Assembly (NCBI GenBank): GCA_026989035.1
Contig: JALSKB010000052.1
Location: forward strand, 4,553 to 68,552
Direction of reading: 5' to 3'
Source of the DNA: Saprospiraceae bacterium
GTDB taxonomy: Bacteria > Bacteroidota > Bacteroidia > Chitinophagales > Saprospiraceae
Length of the DNA: 64,000 nucleotides
Shown: positions 62,885 through 64,000 of the stretch, in pieces
Layout of the letters: every line of letters begins with the position of its first letter
Position numbering within the stretch: the stretch's first letter is position 1
Notes under the pieces: model-generated
What the model saw: only the letters and a program-made list of their open reading frames with translations
Databases searched by the model: none
Told to the model about the DNA's origin: nothing
Position numbers and translations under genes: made by a program

Positions 62885-63466
62885 ATGGCAGAAAAAAGCA
62901 GTACCTTTGTCCATTCCAGCGCATTCGTTGATGAGGGTTGCCAAATCGGTGAAGGCAGTAAAATTTGGCACTTCTGCCACATCATGTCGGGAGCTGTGCT
63001 GGGGCGTTCTTGCAAATTGGGGCAAAATGTGTTTGTGGCTTCAGGAGTGCGCCTGGGAAATCGGGTGAAAGTTCAGAACAACGTCTCCATTTACGAAGGA
63101 GTTGTTTGTGAAGACGATGTTTTCTTAGGGCCGTCTATGGTGTTTACCAATGTTATCAATCCTCGAAGTGCAGTAAACCGGCAGGGGCAGTATGCGGAGA
63201 CTTACGTGGAGCGTGGAGCGACTATAGGCGCAAATGCTACCATCGTATGTGGGCATCGCATTGGAGCTTATGCTTTTGTCGGAGCAGGTGCCGTGGTTAC
63301 TAAAGATGTGTTGCCTTATGCCTTGGTGGTGGGCAACCCTGCCAGGCAAATCGGATGGATGAGTGCCTATGGCCATCGTTTGCATTTCGATGAAAAAGGA
63401 CGGGCGCGTTGCCCCGAAAGCGGTGAAGAGTATGTGCTGCAAGACGGATTTGTCCGAAAAATATAA
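62885..63466 (+). CDS. Left-handed beta-helix (hexapeptide) N-acetyltransferase, WbpD/sugar-aminotransferase-partner type
   Basis: Hexapeptide repeats throughout. [17 protein letters not shown] near the C-terminus is typical of UDP-aminosugar N-acetyltransferases. ATG 62885 is the start. Confidence 0.75.
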   Translation: MAEKSSTFVHSSAFVDEGCQIGEGSKIWHFCHIMSGAVLGRSCKLGQNVFVASGVRLGNRVKVQNNVSIYEGVVCEDDVFLGPSMVFTNVINPRSAVNRQGQYAETYVERGATIGANATIVCGHRIGAYAFVGAGAVVTKDVLPYALVVGNPARQIGWMSAYGHRLHFDEKGRARCPESGEEYVLQDGFVRKI

Positions 63467-63504
63467 ACTACCGGCCAAACCAAAATAAAACCGTGAATTT
63501 GGAC

Positions 63505-64000
63505 ATGTACAAGGCATTAAAAGAAAAAGAGAAAACCATCGCTGTGGTAGGTCTTGGCTATGTGGGCCTGCCTTTGGCTTTGGCTTTCGCCAAATACTTC
63601 CGCGTGCTGGGTTTTGATATCCATGCGGGGCGCGTAGCTATGATGCAACAGTGCATAGACCCTTCCAAAGAACTGGAGCCTGAAGCTTTTCAGGGAAAGG
63701 ACATTCGCTTTACGGCTGAAGCCGAAGATTTGCGAGAAGCGCATTTTTTTGTGGTAGCCGTGCCTACTCCGGTGGATGATCACAAAGTTCCCAACCTGAA
63801 GGCTCTTTTATCGGCATCCGAAACGGTTGGCAAACGACTGAAATCGGGAGATTATGTGGTTTTTGAGTCCACGGTGTACCCGGGATGTACGGAAGAAGAT
63901 TGCCTGCCTTTGCTGGAGAAAGAGTCGGGTTTAAAGGTGGGTAAAGACTTTAAGCTGGGTTATTCACCAGAGCGCATCAACCCGGGAGATAAGGAGCATT
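63505..64000 (+). CDS. Nucleotide-sugar (UDP-GlcNAc/ManNAc-type) dehydrogenase, 5' part (runs off the window)
   Basis: Not in the ORF track because no stop is reached. ATG 63505 gives MYKALKEKEKTIAVVGLGYVGLPLALAF (Rossmann GxGxxG), continuing open to 64000 with PTPVDD and VVFESTVYPG motifs. Confidence 0.8.
   Translation, partial: MYKALKEKEKTIAVVGLGYVGLPLALAFAKYFRVLGFDIHAGRVAMMQQCIDPSKELEPEAFQGKDIRFTAEAEDLREAHFFVVAVPTPVDDHKVPNLKALLSASETVGKRLKSGDYVVFESTVYPGCTEEDCLPLLEKESGLKVGKDFKLGYSPERINPGDKEH

Noticed and set aside
1-64000. Scan for rRNA, tRNA, tmRNA, RNase P, SRP RNA, CRISPR arrays, transposases, integrases and phage genes.
   Set aside because: I saw no T-loop/acceptor-like signatures in intergenic regions. 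There are no direct-repeat/spacer arrays and no ORFs with transposase, recombinase or phage hallmarks. An eye scan is not exhaustive for small RNAs.

Overview
This 64-kb chromosomal segment has the hallmarks of a Bacteroidota genome. It is roughly 47-48% GC by eye. Several genes are preceded by TAnnTTTG -7 promoter boxes. It carries type IX secretion (T9SS) C-terminal sorting domains, a PorU-like C25 peptidase, many lipoproteins and DUF-type families. I cannot name the genus.

About 50 protein genes are supported, mostly housekeeping:
- DUF2723-type membrane glycosyltransferase-like protein, and recO.
- A sulfide module: type II sulfide:quinone oxidoreductase plus split YeeE/YedE genes.
- thrA-thrB (no thrC alongside) and a TPR/class III nucleotidyl cyclase.
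- A 2-oxoacid dehydrogenase E2 and a flavin monooxygenase.
- MoxR ATPase, 3-hydroxyanthranilate dioxygenase, an LpxH-like phosphoesterase and an M42 peptidase.
- A Wzx-like flippase, a voltage-gated K+ channel, and ComEC plus a ComEA-like helix-hairpin-helix protein.
- BlaI/BlaR1-TonB, smpB, a CDF transporter and a patatin.
- A large secreted operon (sortilin/BNR-like protein plus double amidohydrolase).
- lhgO and the start of a sugar-nucleotide cluster.

I saw no rRNA, tRNA, CRISPR array, transposase or integrase.

The unusual content is mostly non-genic or accessory:
1. The 13-mer hairpin word GCCTTTCGGCAAA occurs at 14 exact copies plus near-copies. It sits inside unrelated genes in four different peptide contexts, so selection is on the DNA, as for an uptake signal or a highly iterated palindrome.
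2. A ~104-bp REP/MITE-like intergenic element is present as at least 11 copies or fragments, and its stem shows compensatory changes.
3. A promoter-driven two-gene module (a three-TM protein plus a small protein resembling a prokaryotic YEATS domain) overlaps the start of a giant PorU-like peptidase. This is my best candidate for an uncharacterised conflict or signalling system.
4. A canonical A_AAA_AAA -1 slippery heptamer lies exactly where two overlapping ORFs next to moxR change frame.
5. A ~108-nt element with three nested hairpins lies between two small His/Cys-rich genes and looks like a riboswitch.
6. A T9SS cargo gene is interrupted by an in-frame TAG.

All family names come from reading the translated ORFs and from memory. 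No searches were run.
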